Below the pieces are notes generated by a model that saw only the letters and a list, made by a program, of their open reading frames with translations, searched no databases and had not been told where the DNA came from. A DNA stretch of 64,000 nucleotides from NCBI GenBank assembly GCA_023701245.1, contig JAMPXK010000001.1:23-64022 (forward strand). Direction: 5' to 3'. Shown here in pieces: positions 35,411 to 44,270 of this stretch (the stretch's first letter is position 1; every line of letters starts with the position of its first letter). Origin of the DNA: Elusimicrobiales bacterium (GTDB lineage Bacteria; Elusimicrobiota; Elusimicrobia; Elusimicrobiales; UBA9959). Position numbers and translations under genes: made by a program.

Positions 35411-36451
35411 ATGAAAAAGAAGATAGGCATACTCACCGGCGGCGGCGACTGCCCCGGCCTTAATCCCGCGATCCGCGGCTGCGTCTACGCCGCCGAGCGT
35501 TTCGGCTTCGAGTGCGTCGGCATCACCGACGGCTGGAAGGGCATGCTCGAGGGCACCACGACCCCCCTGACCCGCGAGATCACGGAGTATATCATCATGA
35601 AGGGCGGCACGATGCTGGGCTCATCGCGCACCAACCCGTTCAAGAAGGACGACGGCTCCAACGTGAAAAAATGCCTGGAGACCTTTAAAAAACTGGACCT
35701 GTACGCGCTCGTGGCCATGGGCGGCGACGACACGCTGGGCGTGGCCACCAGGCTCTACCGCGACCATAAGCTCAACGTCGTGGGCGTGCCCAAGACCATG
35801 GACAATGACCTGAACGTGACTGACTATACCTTCGGCTTCGACACCTCGGTGACCCGCGCCGTGGAGGCCGCCCAGGCCCTTCAGGACACCGGCAACAGCC
35901 ACCACCGCGTGATGGTGCTGGAGGTGATGGGCCGCCACGCCGGCTGGGTGGCGCTCTACACGGGTATCGCCGCCGCGGCGGACTATGTCTGCATTCCCGA
36001 GCGCAAGATAGACACCGCCGACATGCTCAAGAAGATCAAGGCGGCCCACGCCCGCAAGCGCTACGCGCTGGTGGTCACCAGCGAGGCCGCAGAGCTGCCC
36101 GAGGTGGGCGAGGGGCAGTCCAAGCGCGAGGTGGACCAGTTCGGCCACGCGATCCTGAAGGACCGCGGCATGGGCGAGCGAATCGCCAACTTCATAGAGG
36201 CTCAGACCGGCATAGAGACGCGCCACGCCGTGATCGGGCACATGCAGCGCGGCGGCGCGCCGACGCTGTTCGACCGGATGCTCGCCACCCGCGTGGGCAT
36301 CAAGGCCGCCGAGCTCGTGCGCGACGGCGATTTCGGCAAGATGAGCGCCCTCGTGGGCAATAAGTACATGGGCGTACCCCTCGAGAAGGCCACCGGGCAG
36401 CTCAAGACGGTGGACCAGGAGTGGTTCGACCTGATGGAAGTGCTGTTCTAA
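35411..36451 (+). CDS. pfk: 6-phosphofructokinase, residues suggest the PPi-dependent type
   Basis: GGDCPGLN, MGGDDTLG, PKTMDNDL, MGRHAGW. Asp in GGDD and Lys in PKTMDND are the positions classically associated with PPi rather than ATP use. Confidence 0.85.
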   Translation: MKKKIGILTGGGDCPGLNPAIRGCVYAAERFGFECVGITDGWKGMLEGTTTPLTREITEYIIMKGGTMLGSSRTNPFKKDDGSNVKKCLETFKKLDLYALVAMGGDDTLGVATRLYRDHKLNVVGVPKTMDNDLNVTDYTFGFDTSVTRAVEAAQALQDTGNSHHRVMVLEVMGRHAGWVALYTGIAAAADYVCIPERKIDTADMLKKIKAAHARKRYALVVTSEAAELPEVGEGQSKREVDQFGHAILKDRGMGERIANFIEAQTGIETRHAVIGHMQRGGAPTLFDRMLATRVGIKAAELVRDGDFGKMSALVGNKYMGVPLEKATGQLKTVDQEWFDLMEVLF

Positions 36452-36460
36452 AGGACGTTT

Positions 36461-37003
36461 ATGGAAAACACGCAAAACAAAGCCGCGCCGCAGTTCCAGC
36501 GCAAGACCATACTCATAAAGAAGCACCTGCAGTACCGCTACATGGCGCTCATCTTCGCGAGCGTCCTGCTGGCCTTCATAGTGGTGGGCCTCGACGTGCT
36601 CTGGACCATCTCCAAGGTGGTCAACGAACACCCCATGATGCAGCCCCTGCTGGAAGAGATGTCCGCCATGATGCCGCTGTTCGGCATCAAGATCGTGATG
36701 TACATGATCATGGTGCTGATAGTTTCCGCCGTGGTGTCGCACCGCATGGCCGGCCCCATCTTCAAGTTCGAGAAGAGCTGCGCCACGGTGGCGGAAGGCG
36801 ACCTGGCGCACCGGGTCTACCTGCGCAAGGGCGACCAGCTGACCGAGCTGCAGGACCAGTTCAACAACATGGCCGGCGCCGTGAACGAAGTGGTGAAGGA
36901 ATACGAGGCGCTCCGCCAGGCGGCGGCCGCCGCGGGCCTGCAGGACCAGGCCGCGGCCGTGCAGAAGAAAGTGGCGGAGATAATGCCGAAATTCAAGGTG
37001 TAA
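36461..37003 (+). CDS. Membrane protein with HAMP domain only
   Basis: 180 aa. Two TM segments, then SHRMAGPIFKFEK...GDL..RV.LRKGDQLTELQDQFNNMA (HAMP). No kinase/MCP/GGDEF output. Confidence 0.65.
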   Translation: MENTQNKAAPQFQRKTILIKKHLQYRYMALIFASVLLAFIVVGLDVLWTISKVVNEHPMMQPLLEEMSAMMPLFGIKIVMYMIMVLIVSAVVSHRMAGPIFKFEKSCATVAEGDLAHRVYLRKGDQLTELQDQFNNMAGAVNEVVKEYEALRQAAAAAGLQDQAAAVQKKVAEIMPKFKV

Positions 37004-37004
37004 G

Positions 37005-38288
37005 ATGCTATTTGCCAGGTTAGCCGCCGCGCTGCTGCTGGCCCTGCCGGCGGCGGCCGCGGCGCAGGGCGCCGAGCCCCTCTCCATAGACGACGCGGTC
37101 TCCCTGGCCGTGAAGAACAGCCCCGCGGCCCTGGCCGCGGAGCAGGACATCATCATCGCCCGCCAGCGCGTGCGCGAGGCGCGCTTCATGGCCCTGCCGC
37201 AGTTCACCCTGTCGGGCATAGCCAGCCGCGCCAGCCTGGAGTATCCCGCGGTGCTGGGCGCGGAACTCGGAGAAAGCTACCTCTCGCCCGTCATCGACAA
37301 CTCCTTCTATACCCTGCGCGCGCAGGCGCTGCAGCCTCTTTATACCGGCGGCAAGAATACCAACACGCTGAAGCTGGCCAAGACCGCGCATAACCAGGCC
37401 AAGATGAATTATGAGACCGCCAAGGCGGACGCTTCCCTGGCGGCCAAGAAAGCTTTTTATACGCTCCTCTACCAGCGGCGCCTGAGCGAAGCCGCCCGGG
37501 AGTGGCTGCGGCGCGCGCGCGCCCTGGAGGCCGCCCTGCGCAAGGACCCCTTCGAGGAACTCGAGGCCTCCATGCTGCTGGCGGGCCTGGAAGATAAGGC
37601 CCGGCAGGCCGGGGGGGAGCAGGAGGCCGCCGAGGCCGACTTCCTCCGGGCCCTCAACCTGGAGCCGGGCGCGCTGCCCCGCCTGGAAGGCGCTTTCGAA
37701 CCGCTGCCGGTGGAAGCCGACCCCACGCGCAGCCTGGTGACGGCCATGGAGCTGCGCCCCGAGCTCAAAAGCGAGATCTACAAGGCGCAGATGGACGACA
37801 TCGCCGTGAACATGGCCATGGTGCGCCGCTACCCTACCATCTACCTCGGCGCCAGTTACGACGCCAACGCCTACCGCCTGCAGGACCTGGGCGACGCGGC
37901 CCGCCGTTCCAATAACTGGCTGGCCTCGCTGGCCATCAGGTTCCCGCTTTCCTACGACGTCTGGACGCAGGTTCAGCAGCGGCGCGCCCAGCAGCGGCAG
38001 GGCGAATTGAAGCGGGCCGAACTGCAGGACAAGGTGCGTTTTGAAATAATGTCCGCGCATAAGGAAGCTTCCTCCTGGCAGGCCGAGGCCCTTAAACTGG
38101 CCGGGGAAACGGCGCGCATGAAAGCCGGCTATGAAGCGGCCCTGCGTACGGCCAGGCCGTCCATGGCGGCGCTGCGCGCCCTTTGCGCCCTTTGCGAACT
38201 GGACCGCAAGGCGCTGGACGCCGTCTACCGCCAGCTGCTGGCCAGGATACGCCTGGAGTGGGCGCGCGGCCGCGACCTGCCGCGCTGA
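37005..38288 (+). CDS. TolC-family outer-membrane efflux protein
   Basis: 427 aa. Signal peptide. Duplicated OEP-type helical/barrel repeat (LSIDDAVSLAVKNSP..., second repeat LVTAMELRPELK...). Confidence 0.8.
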   Translation: MLFARLAAALLLALPAAAAAQGAEPLSIDDAVSLAVKNSPAALAAEQDIIIARQRVREARFMALPQFTLSGIASRASLEYPAVLGAELGESYLSPVIDNSFYTLRAQALQPLYTGGKNTNTLKLAKTAHNQAKMNYETAKADASLAAKKAFYTLLYQRRLSEAAREWLRRARALEAALRKDPFEELEASMLLAGLEDKARQAGGEQEAAEADFLRALNLEPGALPRLEGAFEPLPVEADPTRSLVTAMELRPELKSEIYKAQMDDIAVNMAMVRRYPTIYLGASYDANAYRLQDLGDAARRSNNWLASLAIRFPLSYDVWTQVQQRRAQQRQGELKRAELQDKVRFEIMSAHKEASSWQAEALKLAGETARMKAGYEAALRTARPSMAALRALCALCELDRKALDAVYRQLLARIRLEWARGRDLPR

Positions 38289-38307
38289 ACAGCCCGGCCC
38301 TTTTTCG

Positions 38308-39255
38308 ATGCCTACTAAACTTCTGCTTGCCTTAAGCCTGTTCTGCCTGCCGCCCGCTTTCGCGGCCGCGCAGGAGTCCGACGACGAGATCTTCAGGGAA
38401 GCCCTGTGGACCAGGGCCTCTACGGCCAAGCCGCCGGCCAGGCCGCTGGTGGGCCTGGCCCTGTCCGGCGGCGGCGCGCGGGGATTCGCCCATACCGGAG
38501 TGCTGGAGGCGCTGGAATACGCCGGCTTCCCGGTGGACTACGTGGCAGGCACTTCCATGGGCGCGCTGATAGGGGCCATCTACTCTTCCGGCCAGTCGAT
38601 AGAGGAACTCTGGGGCTTCGGCCGCGACGCCGCCCGGCTCAAGGTCGGCCGGGATTTCGGCGGCATCAAGATGCTGCCGCTGCTGATCGCCGACAAACTG
38701 ATAACCCCCAAGCACATCACGCGGTTCATAGAAAGCCGCCTCTCCGGCCTGACCTTCGAGAAACTCCGGAAGCCTTTCGCCTGCACGGCCATGGACATCC
38801 GCACCGGGGAGAAAGTGCTGTTCACGGAGGGACCGCTGGATATCGCTGTGCGGGCCAGCGTCAACCTCCCGGGGGTTTTTGCCCCGGTGCAGTACCGGCA
38901 CCGCTACCTGGTGGACGGCGGCGTGGTGGACAATGTCCCGGTGCACGCCGCCCGCGGCATGGGGGCGGACTGGGTACTGGCCAGCGTAATGGAGAATTCC
39001 GTCAACAAGAATCCGGAAAGCGTGCTGACCACGCTTCTGCAGGTCATAGACATCCGCGGTTCCCTGCTGGCGAAGGAATCCGAACGGGCGGCCAACTTCG
39101 TGATGCGCTCCCAGGTGGGGGACATGGGCGTGGCCGATTTCGAGCGCTGCACCGAGGCCGGCGAAGCCGGGCTTACGGCCGCTTCTTCGGAGATGGCCGC
39201 GGCCCGGGAGAATTACCTTATTTACGCCGCGCCGCTGCTGGTGGAGAAACTATGA
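38308..39255 (+). CDS. Patatin-like phospholipase with signal peptide
   Basis: ATG at 38308. GLALSGGGARGFAH oxyanion motif, GTSMGA (GxSxG), VDGGVVDNVP (Asp dyad). Confidence 0.85.
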   Translation: MPTKLLLALSLFCLPPAFAAAQESDDEIFREALWTRASTAKPPARPLVGLALSGGGARGFAHTGVLEALEYAGFPVDYVAGTSMGALIGAIYSSGQSIEELWGFGRDAARLKVGRDFGGIKMLPLLIADKLITPKHITRFIESRLSGLTFEKLRKPFACTAMDIRTGEKVLFTEGPLDIAVRASVNLPGVFAPVQYRHRYLVDGGVVDNVPVHAARGMGADWVLASVMENSVNKNPESVLTTLLQVIDIRGSLLAKESERAANFVMRSQVGDMGVADFERCTEAGEAGLTAASSEMAAARENYLIYAAPLLVEKL

Positions 39256-40226
39256 GGCCCGCGCTGGCGCTGCTCCTGCTGCTGGCGGCCGGGCCCGCCG
39301 ACGCCTTCCTCTTCGGCAAGGCCTCGGACGTTAAGGCCTCTGTCATCCTGGCTGAAATGCGGGCCGCCCATGAGCGCGGGGATTGCCCGGCGGCTACGGC
39401 CCTCTCCGAAACCTTCCTGGCCCAGAAACCTCCGGCGGCCATGCGGGAAGAGGCCTATGCCTATATGGGTGACTGCTACGAGCGTGGCGGCCTTACGGAC
39501 AAGGCCATAAGTCTCTATAAACTGGCCATAGGCCTGTACCCGGGGAATCCCCGGTTCTCGGCGCGCCTGGCCGGCATCTACAACAACTCCGGCTTTTATT
39601 CCGACGCGGTGCCGCTGCAGCTGGAGGTGCTGCGCCTGCGCCCCGACGACGTGGAGGCCAACCTGGGCCTGGCGCGCGCCTACGCGGCGCTCGGCTTCTA
39701 CGGCAGGGCCAAGACTTATTTCTCGCGGGGCGTGGTCCTGAAGGAATTTTCGGACCCGGCGGCGCTTAAGGAATACGCGGTCTGCCTGCTGCGCAAGCGC
39801 GACTGGGACGAGGCGCTGTTCATAGCCGGCAAAGGGGCGCTGGCCCAGCCCGGCTCTTTCTACTGGCCGCTGACGCGGGCCCGGGCGCAGGCCGGCCGCG
39901 GGGATTATCACAAGGCCCTGCCTGAACTGGAAGCGGCCATAAAACTGCAGCCTTCCCGCCAGCTGCGCCTGGAGCGCGCGCTTTACCTGCTGCTGGGCGG
40001 CCTGCCGCGGCGCGCCATAGCGGCGGCGGAGCCCGAACTGGCGGCCGATCCCAAAGATCCCCTGGCCTCCGCCGTAAAGGGTATGGCCTTGTACAATCTC
40101 GGGGAAAAAGGCGCCGCGGCCGTTTATTTCGAAGCTGCCCGCGCCGGCGGGCCGTTCACGGCCAAAGTGGCGGCCTCTTTCCTGGACAAGAAGCCCGAGG
40201 CGGCGGTGGAAGCATGCAAAAACTGA
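39252..40226 (+). CDS. Secreted TPR-repeat protein
   Basis: ATGA overlap with the patatin gene. Signal peptide MRPALALLLLLAAGPADA. TPR-like A..Y..A......A...Y..AL periodicity. Confidence 0.7.
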   Translation: MRPALALLLLLAAGPADAFLFGKASDVKASVILAEMRAAHERGDCPAATALSETFLAQKPPAAMREEAYAYMGDCYERGGLTDKAISLYKLAIGLYPGNPRFSARLAGIYNNSGFYSDAVPLQLEVLRLRPDDVEANLGLARAYAALGFYGRAKTYFSRGVVLKEFSDPAALKEYAVCLLRKRDWDEALFIAGKGALAQPGSFYWPLTRARAQAGRGDYHKALPELEAAIKLQPSRQLRLERALYLLLGGLPRRAIAAAEPELAADPKDPLASAVKGMALYNLGEKGAAAVYFEAARAGGPFTAKVAASFLDKKPEAAVEACKN

Positions 40227-41017
40227 AATTCTGGAAAATGTCCGGCGCGGGCAACGATTTCGCGCTGCTGACCGGCGGCCGCCGCGGCACGGCCGCCCTT
40301 AAAAAACTCGCAGTTAAGCTCTGTGCGCGCCGCTCGGGCGTAGGCGCGGACGGCCTGCTTTACGTGAGGCCGGCCGGCCGCGGCGCGGTGTCGGTGCGCT
40401 ATTTCAATTCCGACGGGTCCGAGGCTTTCTGCGGCAACGGTTCGCGCTGCGCCGCCTGGTGGGCGTATTCCCGGGGGCTGGCGGGGAAAAAATTCGACCT
40501 CTATACCGCGGCTGGCGTCCTGCCGGCGGCTATCGTCGGGCGCGAGAGCGTTCGCATGCGCATGCCCGACGTGGACGGCGCGTCCCTGGGCCACAAGGGC
40601 AGGTACCCGCGCGGCATAGGCGGCGTCCATTTCCTGAATACCGGCGTGCCGCACGCGGTGACCGTGGTACGGGGGCTGGAGGCGACGGATGTGAGAGGGC
40701 TGGGCCGCCTGCTGCGGTTCAACCGCGTTTTCGGGCGCGCGGGCAGCAACGTGGATTTTGTGGAACTGAAAGGCGGGCGCGCGGGTATCCGCACTTACGA
40801 GCGCGGCGTGGAGGACGAGACCCTGGCCTGCGGCACCGGTATTACGGCCGCGGCCGTGGCGCTGGTCCTTACCGGCCAGGCGGCGGCGCCGGTCACCCTG
40901 ACGGCCCGCAGCGGAGAAAAGTTCAAGGTCTGGCTGAAGCCGGTCAAGGCGGGCGCGCGAGAGATCTTCATCCAGGGGCCGGCCAGGATAGTTTTCCAAG
41001 GAGAGATAAAATGCTGA
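40214..41017 (+). CDS. dapF: Diaminopimelate epimerase
   Basis: MSGAGNDF, NSDGSEAFCGNGSRC and ETLACGTG catalytic-Cys motifs. Confidence 0.9.
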   Translation: MQKLKFWKMSGAGNDFALLTGGRRGTAALKKLAVKLCARRSGVGADGLLYVRPAGRGAVSVRYFNSDGSEAFCGNGSRCAAWWAYSRGLAGKKFDLYTAAGVLPAAIVGRESVRMRMPDVDGASLGHKGRYPRGIGGVHFLNTGVPHAVTVVRGLEATDVRGLGRLLRFNRVFGRAGSNVDFVELKGGRAGIRTYERGVEDETLACGTGITAAAVALVLTGQAAAPVTLTARSGEKFKVWLKPVKAGAREIFIQGPARIVFQGEIKC

Positions 41018-41895
41018 AACTCAAGGGCGTCTATACCGCGATAGTAACTCCTTTCAGGCAGGGGAAGCCGGACCTGGCCGCCCTGAAGCGGATAGTCCGG
41101 TTCCAGTTGGACGGCGGGGTGGCGGGCCTGGTGCCCTGCGGCTCCACCGGCGAGGCGGCCACCCTGGCGCCGGAGGAATACCTGGCCGTCATCAAGACGG
41201 TGGTGGCGGCCGCCAAGGGTAAAGTGCCGGTGATCCCCGGCGTGGGGACCAATTCCACTGAAAAGTCGGTGGAGATGGTGCGCAAAGTTTCGGCCCTGGG
41301 CGTGGACGGGCTGCTGGCCATAGTGCCTTACTACAACAAACCCACGCAGGAGGGCATGACCGCGCATTTCTCTCAGCTGGCGCGCGCTACCCGCCTGCCG
41401 GTGATCCTTTACAATATTCCCGGCCGCACCGGCGTCAATATGCTGCCCGCCACGGCCCTGGGGCTGCGCGCCAAATTCTCCAATATCGCCGGCATCAAGG
41501 AAGCGTCCGGCAGCCTGGACCAGGTGAGCGAGCTCCTTGCCGGGGCGGACGGGGACTTTGCCGTGCTGAGCGGCGACGACTCCCTGACGCTGCCTATGAT
41601 GGCGGCGGGGGCCCGCGGCGTGATCTCCGTGGCGGCCAACGTGGCGCCGGCCCAGACCGTGCGGATGTGCGAGCTTTTCATGCGGGGGGACGTCGCGGGC
41701 GCGGCGGCGCTGCACCGCATGCTGTTCCCGCTGGTAAAGGCGCTTTTCTGCGAGACCAATCCGATCCCCGTCAAATACGCGGCTTCGCTGCTGGGCCTGT
41801 GCTCACCGGAGCCGCGCCTGCCGCTGTTGCCGCTCTCCGCGGCCCGCCGCGCGCCGCTGAAAGCTGCAATGATAAAGGCAGGAATACTCGATTAG
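41011..41895 (+). CDS. dapA: 4-hydroxy-tetrahydrodipicolinate synthase
   Basis: ATG at 41011 with GGAGAG SD. GVYTAIVTPF, CGSTGEA, YNIPGRTG, GIKEASG (Schiff-base Lys). Confidence 0.9.
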   Translation: MLKLKGVYTAIVTPFRQGKPDLAALKRIVRFQLDGGVAGLVPCGSTGEAATLAPEEYLAVIKTVVAAAKGKVPVIPGVGTNSTEKSVEMVRKVSALGVDGLLAIVPYYNKPTQEGMTAHFSQLARATRLPVILYNIPGRTGVNMLPATALGLRAKFSNIAGIKEASGSLDQVSELLAGADGDFAVLSGDDSLTLPMMAAGARGVISVAANVAPAQTVRMCELFMRGDVAGAAALHRMLFPLVKALFCETNPIPVKYAASLLGLCSPEPRLPLLPLSAARRAPLKAAMIKAGILD

Positions 41896-41939
41896 TCAGG
41901 TCGCCTGGTGCAGGTTCGGGGGCCTGCCGCCAAGTTAAC

Positions 41940-42104
41940 ATGCGTGGACGGAGAGGGTAAGCCTTCTGAGGGCCTTCGCGCAGGCCCGAGCTTACGTAAG
42001 CGCGAGGGCCGGGTGGAGCGAAGCGACACCGCAGTGTGAGGAGGGGCGGCAACGGTGTTGCCGACCCCGTGCCCGAGGAAGGCTTACCCTCTCCGTCCAC
42101 GTGC
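41940..42104 (+). repeat. Palindromic intergenic repeat element, copy C (longest)
   Basis: TIRs GCGTGGACGGAGAGGGTAAGCCTTCTGAGGGC / GCCCGAGGAAGGCTTACCCTCTCCGTCCACGTGC. The core matches copies A (reverse complement) and B. Lies between convergent dapA and mtgA. Confidence 0.9.
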
Positions 42105-42131
42105 TTAAAGTTGGACCGGCAGTAAACCTGA

Positions 42132-42959
42132 TCAGTCCTGGGGGATTTCGCCAGCGGCGGCGGGGGTGCTTACAGCTATTACGGTGGAATTTATCACTTC
42201 GAAGGAGTCCTGCAGGGCTTCGTCTTCGGCTTCGTCGGGCAGGTAGCCCGAGGCGCGCATGCGGCCGATGATGCGGCTCTTCTGGCGCTCCATGAAGCGC
42301 GTCCCGCCGGTGGGGTTGTAGCGGCGGGGGCTGGGCAGGGCCGCCGCGAGGGCCGCGGATTCTTCGGGGGTGAGGTCCGCCGGGCTCTTCCCGAAATAGG
42401 CCTGGGCCGCGGCGCCGGCGCCGTAAATGCCTTTGCCCCACTCCGCCACGTTCAGGTAAAGCTCGAAGATGCGCCGCTTGCCCAGTTCGCGTTCCAGCCG
42501 GCGGGCTATCAGTATTTCCTTGATCTTGCGCAGCGGGTTCTTGGAGGGGGAAAGGTAGAGGTTGCGCGCCAGCTGCTGCGTGATGGTGCTGCCGCCCTTG
42601 GCAAAACGGCGCTGCTTCCAGTCCTCGGCCAGGGCGCGCTGGGTGCTCTCCCAGTCCACCCCCTTGTGCCGGTAGAAGCCGTCGTCTTCCGCCACCAGCA
42701 CCGCGTGCTTGAGGTTCTCCGAAATATCCGCCCACGGCGTCCAGACCATCTGCCGCACGGGCTTTTTGCCCTGGGCCCTGGCCTGGCGTTCCTTCAGCCG
42801 CATGAAAGAGGTTTCCGCGGGGTTGTGCTTTTTCAGGCCGGAGACGTCGGGCAGCCAGAGAACATAGCCGGCGCTGGCTGCCAGCAGGAGGGCTATGACG
42901 GCCGCGATAAGCTGCAGCTCGCGGCCGGCGAGAGGATAAGAGGTCTTGCCGCTTCTCAT
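42132..42959 (-). CDS. mtgA: Monofunctional peptidoglycan glycosyltransferase (GT51)
   Basis: 275 aa. N-terminal TM. AEDDGFYRHKGVD, GGSTITQQLARN, RKIKE, PSPRRYNP motifs. Confidence 0.9.
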   Translation of the reverse strand: MRSGKTSYPLAGRELQLIAAVIALLLAASAGYVLWLPDVSGLKKHNPAETSFMRLKERQARAQGKKPVRQMVWTPWADISENLKHAVLVAEDDGFYRHKGVDWESTQRALAEDWKQRRFAKGGSTITQQLARNLYLSPSKNPLRKIKEILIARRLERELGKRRIFELYLNVAEWGKGIYGAGAAAQAYFGKSPADLTPEESAALAAALPSPRRYNPTGGTRFMERQKSRIIGRMRASGYLPDEAEDEALQDSFEVINSTVIAVSTPAAAGEIPQD

Positions 42960-42977
42960 GATGCCTTAAGTCAGTGC

Positions 42978-44270
42978 CTACAGGAGAGCGTCGGCGGCCT
43001 CGAGGCCTTCTTTGACGCTTTCTTCCATGAAAGAGTATTTCCAGCCGCCGTAACGGCCTATGCTCTGCGCCTTCCGGGCCTTCAGCCAGGCCGTGATGAC
43101 CGGCAGCGCGGCGGCGCGCTCCTTGTTGTAGATCACGTAGGCGCAGGGGATCTTGAGCCAGAGCTTCTGGACCACGCGCGCGCCGGGACCGAGCAGCCCG
43201 CAGGCCTTCAGGCCTTTAAGGGCCGCGGTTTCGGCCGAGGCCAGGTCCAGGGCCTCTCCGGCGGTGGAGAACTCCACGTAAAACGAGGCGCAGCCGCGCG
43301 GGGCCAGTTCCCGCGAAAAATTGGTGGCCAGGCCGGCCCGGTAGAAAGCGAACTCCGGCCCCGGGAAATAGCCCCAGTGCATATCCGACTTTACGCCTTT
43401 CACGCCCAGGTTGAGCACGTAGACGGTATTGTGGCGCAGCGCCGCCGCCGCGCGCTTTACCGCGGCCGGCGCGTCCTGCGCCATGCCCACGAAGCTGTCC
43501 AGCGGCGAGGTGTTGATGAGGCGCTTGAAATGCACCGGCCCGAAGTGCCGTACCATGGCCACGCCCGCTTTAAGGTTGACGCTCTCCACTTCCAGGCCCA
43601 GGCGCAGGCCGGAGGACTTCATGGCCAGGGCGTTGGCCAGCGCGCCTATGCCGCCGCGGCGCGGGTAGTGAAAGACCGTGTTGTAGCCCAGGCCCTCGGA
43701 TCTTTTGCCGTAAGCGCCTTCTATGACTTCTTCTGGGCGAGGCATGGGCACGAAAGGCGCGCACCATTCCGTGGTGAGGCGGGCCAGCGGGTAGCGCCAG
43801 AGCTTGGCGTTGTAGGGCACCATGAAGTGCCTGGAGATGCCCGCGCCGAAGACGCGGCTGGTCCAGCGGCTGAACGGCTCCGTGCCGTCGCCGGGGCCGC
43901 CGCCGGCGCTGTAGGCCTTCAGGAAGCCGCTCACGCATTCCGCCTTGACCTTGCCGGGCATGCCTGCCAGGTTGGCCTGGAAAGGGTAAGGGGTCCAGCG
44001 CCGGTGGGCGAAGACGCGCGCGTCGCGCTTGAGGCGCAGGCAGTTGCCGCCCAGCGCGCCCAGGATGAACCTGGAGGTCTTGGGCCAGCGCAGGTGCAGC
44101 AGGTGGCCGGAATAGTCGAAGTGGAAGCCGCCTTTCGTTACGGTGGCGGACAGGCCGCCGGGGCGGTTCTCCCGTTCGGCGACGATATGGCTTTTTTTGC
44201 CTTCCAGGGCCTTGGCCGCGGAAAGCCCGGCCAGGCCGCCGCCGATTATGAGCACGTCTGTCTTAAGCAT
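42978..44270 (-). CDS. FAD/NAD(P)-binding oxidoreductase (amine-oxidase / UDP-galactopyranose-mutase-like fold)
   Basis: 430 aa. N-terminal DVLIIGGGLAGLSAA dinucleotide motif, ERENRPGG, YPFQANL. Substrate not inferable. Confidence 0.65.
   Translation of the reverse strand: MLKTDVLIIGGGLAGLSAAKALEGKKSHIVAERENRPGGLSATVTKGGFHFDYSGHLLHLRWPKTSRFILGALGGNCLRLKRDARVFAHRRWTPYPFQANLAGMPGKVKAECVSGFLKAYSAGGGPGDGTEPFSRWTSRVFGAGISRHFMVPYNAKLWRYPLARLTTEWCAPFVPMPRPEEVIEGAYGKRSEGLGYNTVFHYPRRGGIGALANALAMKSSGLRLGLEVESVNLKAGVAMVRHFGPVHFKRLINTSPLDSFVGMAQDAPAAVKRAAAALRHNTVYVLNLGVKGVKSDMHWGYFPGPEFAFYRAGLATNFSRELAPRGCASFYVEFSTAGEALDLASAETAALKGLKACGLLGPGARVVQKLWLKIPCAYVIYNKERAAALPVITAWLKARKAQSIGRYGGWKYSFMEESVKEGLEAADALL

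Noticed and set aside
38406-39251. N-terminal 282 aa of the 606-aa ORF 38406-40226, and similarly 40459-41010 of the 478-aa ORF
   Set aside because: These parts overlap the patatin and dapF genes in alternative frames and are Arg/Gly/Pro-rich. The real genes (TPR protein, dapA) start at internal ATGs with a signal peptide or SD.
8622-42104. Possibility that the three repeats form a CRISPR array or are IS-element ends
   Set aside because: The copies are 14-19 kb apart and 125-165 bp long, and one is inverted. There are no short regular spacers, no cas genes and no transposase ORF between or near them.
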